This document shows, piece after piece, positions 31,732 through 32,000 of a stretch of DNA of 32,000 nt; within the stretch, counting starts at the first letter, position 1; the number at the start of each line of letters is the position of its first letter. Location of the stretch: contig CBDCNV010000002.1 of assembly GCA_965219535.1 (NCBI GenBank), positions 2,220,001 to 2,252,000 of the forward strand, written 5' to 3'. The notes beneath the pieces are model-generated. The model saw only the letters and a program-made list of their open reading frames with translations, did not search any database and was not told the origin of the DNA. The translations under genes and the position numbers were made by a program. Source of the DNA: Opitutales bacterium (GTDB lineage Bacteria > Verrucomicrobiota > Verrucomicrobiia > Opitutales > PNEW01).

Positions 31732-32000
31732 ATGATACAGGAAAATCACAGTCTTACAGAAAAGCAGATCCAACATTTTGAGACCTTTGGTTTTTTGGTC
31801 CGACGCCAAGTGTTTAGTCCAGAGGAAATTGAACGTATTGACGGAGAGTTCGAAAAACATTTAGTCGAAATGAAAGAGGAGTATGAGCAAAAGAAAGAAC
31901 GGCCCTGGCCTAATTGGTCAAATCTGATTCCGGAGACTCCTTATATTGCCAATCTATTGGAAGATCCACGTATCTGTGTGCCCACCGAACAATTGCTGGG
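31732..32000 (+). CDS. PhyH-family dioxygenase (group III paralog), 5' partial at the window edge
   Basis: My own translation from ATG 31732 is MIQENHSLTEKQIQHFETFGFLVRRQVFSPEEIERIDGEF...WSNLIPETPYIANLLEDPRICVPTEQLLG. It is collinear with the N-terminus of 30882..31658 (WSNLGTEASFLSELPEDPRICVTAEQLFG) and still open at the window end. Confidence 0.75.
   Translation, partial: MIQENHSLTEKQIQHFETFGFLVRRQVFSPEEIERIDGEFEKHLVEMKEEYEQKKERPWPNWSNLIPETPYIANLLEDPRICVPTEQLL

Noticed and set aside
1-32000. I looked for tRNA, rRNA and other classical RNA genes.
   Set aside because: I found no T-loop/acceptor-like tRNA signature (GGTTCGAATCC type) and no rRNA-like conserved blocks by eye. A covariance-model scan (tRNAscan-SE, Infernal/Rfam) would be needed to exclude small ncRNAs or riboswitches.

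Overview
This 32 kb window is mostly protein-coding and reads as an accessory catabolic region of a marine heterotroph. The gene content resembles Planctomycetes-Verrucomicrobia-Lentisphaerae genomes: a Cys-type sulfatase, a secreted Ig-like protein, sugar-acid enzymes and GC-rich REP-like hairpins. That taxon call is inference only. I found no rRNA, tRNA or CRISPR array. The one clear housekeeping gene is typA/bipA (12102..13925).

Main content:
- Three enolase-superfamily (DgoD/ManD-like) dehydratases. Two of them are tandem paralogs whose stop and start codons overlap.
- An HpcH/HpaI-type aldolase, a CE4 deacetylase, an SDR, a gamma-glutamyltransferase-family protein and a GH32-like hydrolase.
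- A signal-peptide-less sulfatase in an operon with a frameshifted family-5 solute-binding lipoprotein and an unknown ORF.
- A 735 bp IS1016-group (IS1595 family) insertion sequence with an 8 bp target duplication.
- Nine phytanoyl-CoA-dioxygenase (PhyH)-family Fe(II)/2-oxoglutarate oxygenase genes packed into 17.8-32 kb. This is the most striking feature.

The intergenic DNA is unusual. It is built almost entirely from a small vocabulary of recurring elements:
- MITE-like elements with TTGTCATTGCGAG termini.
- REP/BIME-like hairpins with a conserved GTCCCT loop.
- Octamer (GTCAAAAG) and heptamer (CAGTGAA, GAACCCT) arrays, placed mostly just after stop codons.
- Several long inverted repeats.

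Gene decay and rearrangement signs:
- An in-frame TAA splits a 743-codon secreted protein frame.
- A frameshift sits at a G5 run in the solute-binding protein gene.
- A sulfatase 3' relic lies downstream of typA.
- A relic of a PhyH gene 3' end lies downstream of the second PhyH paralog.

All functional calls come from motif recognition by eye. No searches were run.
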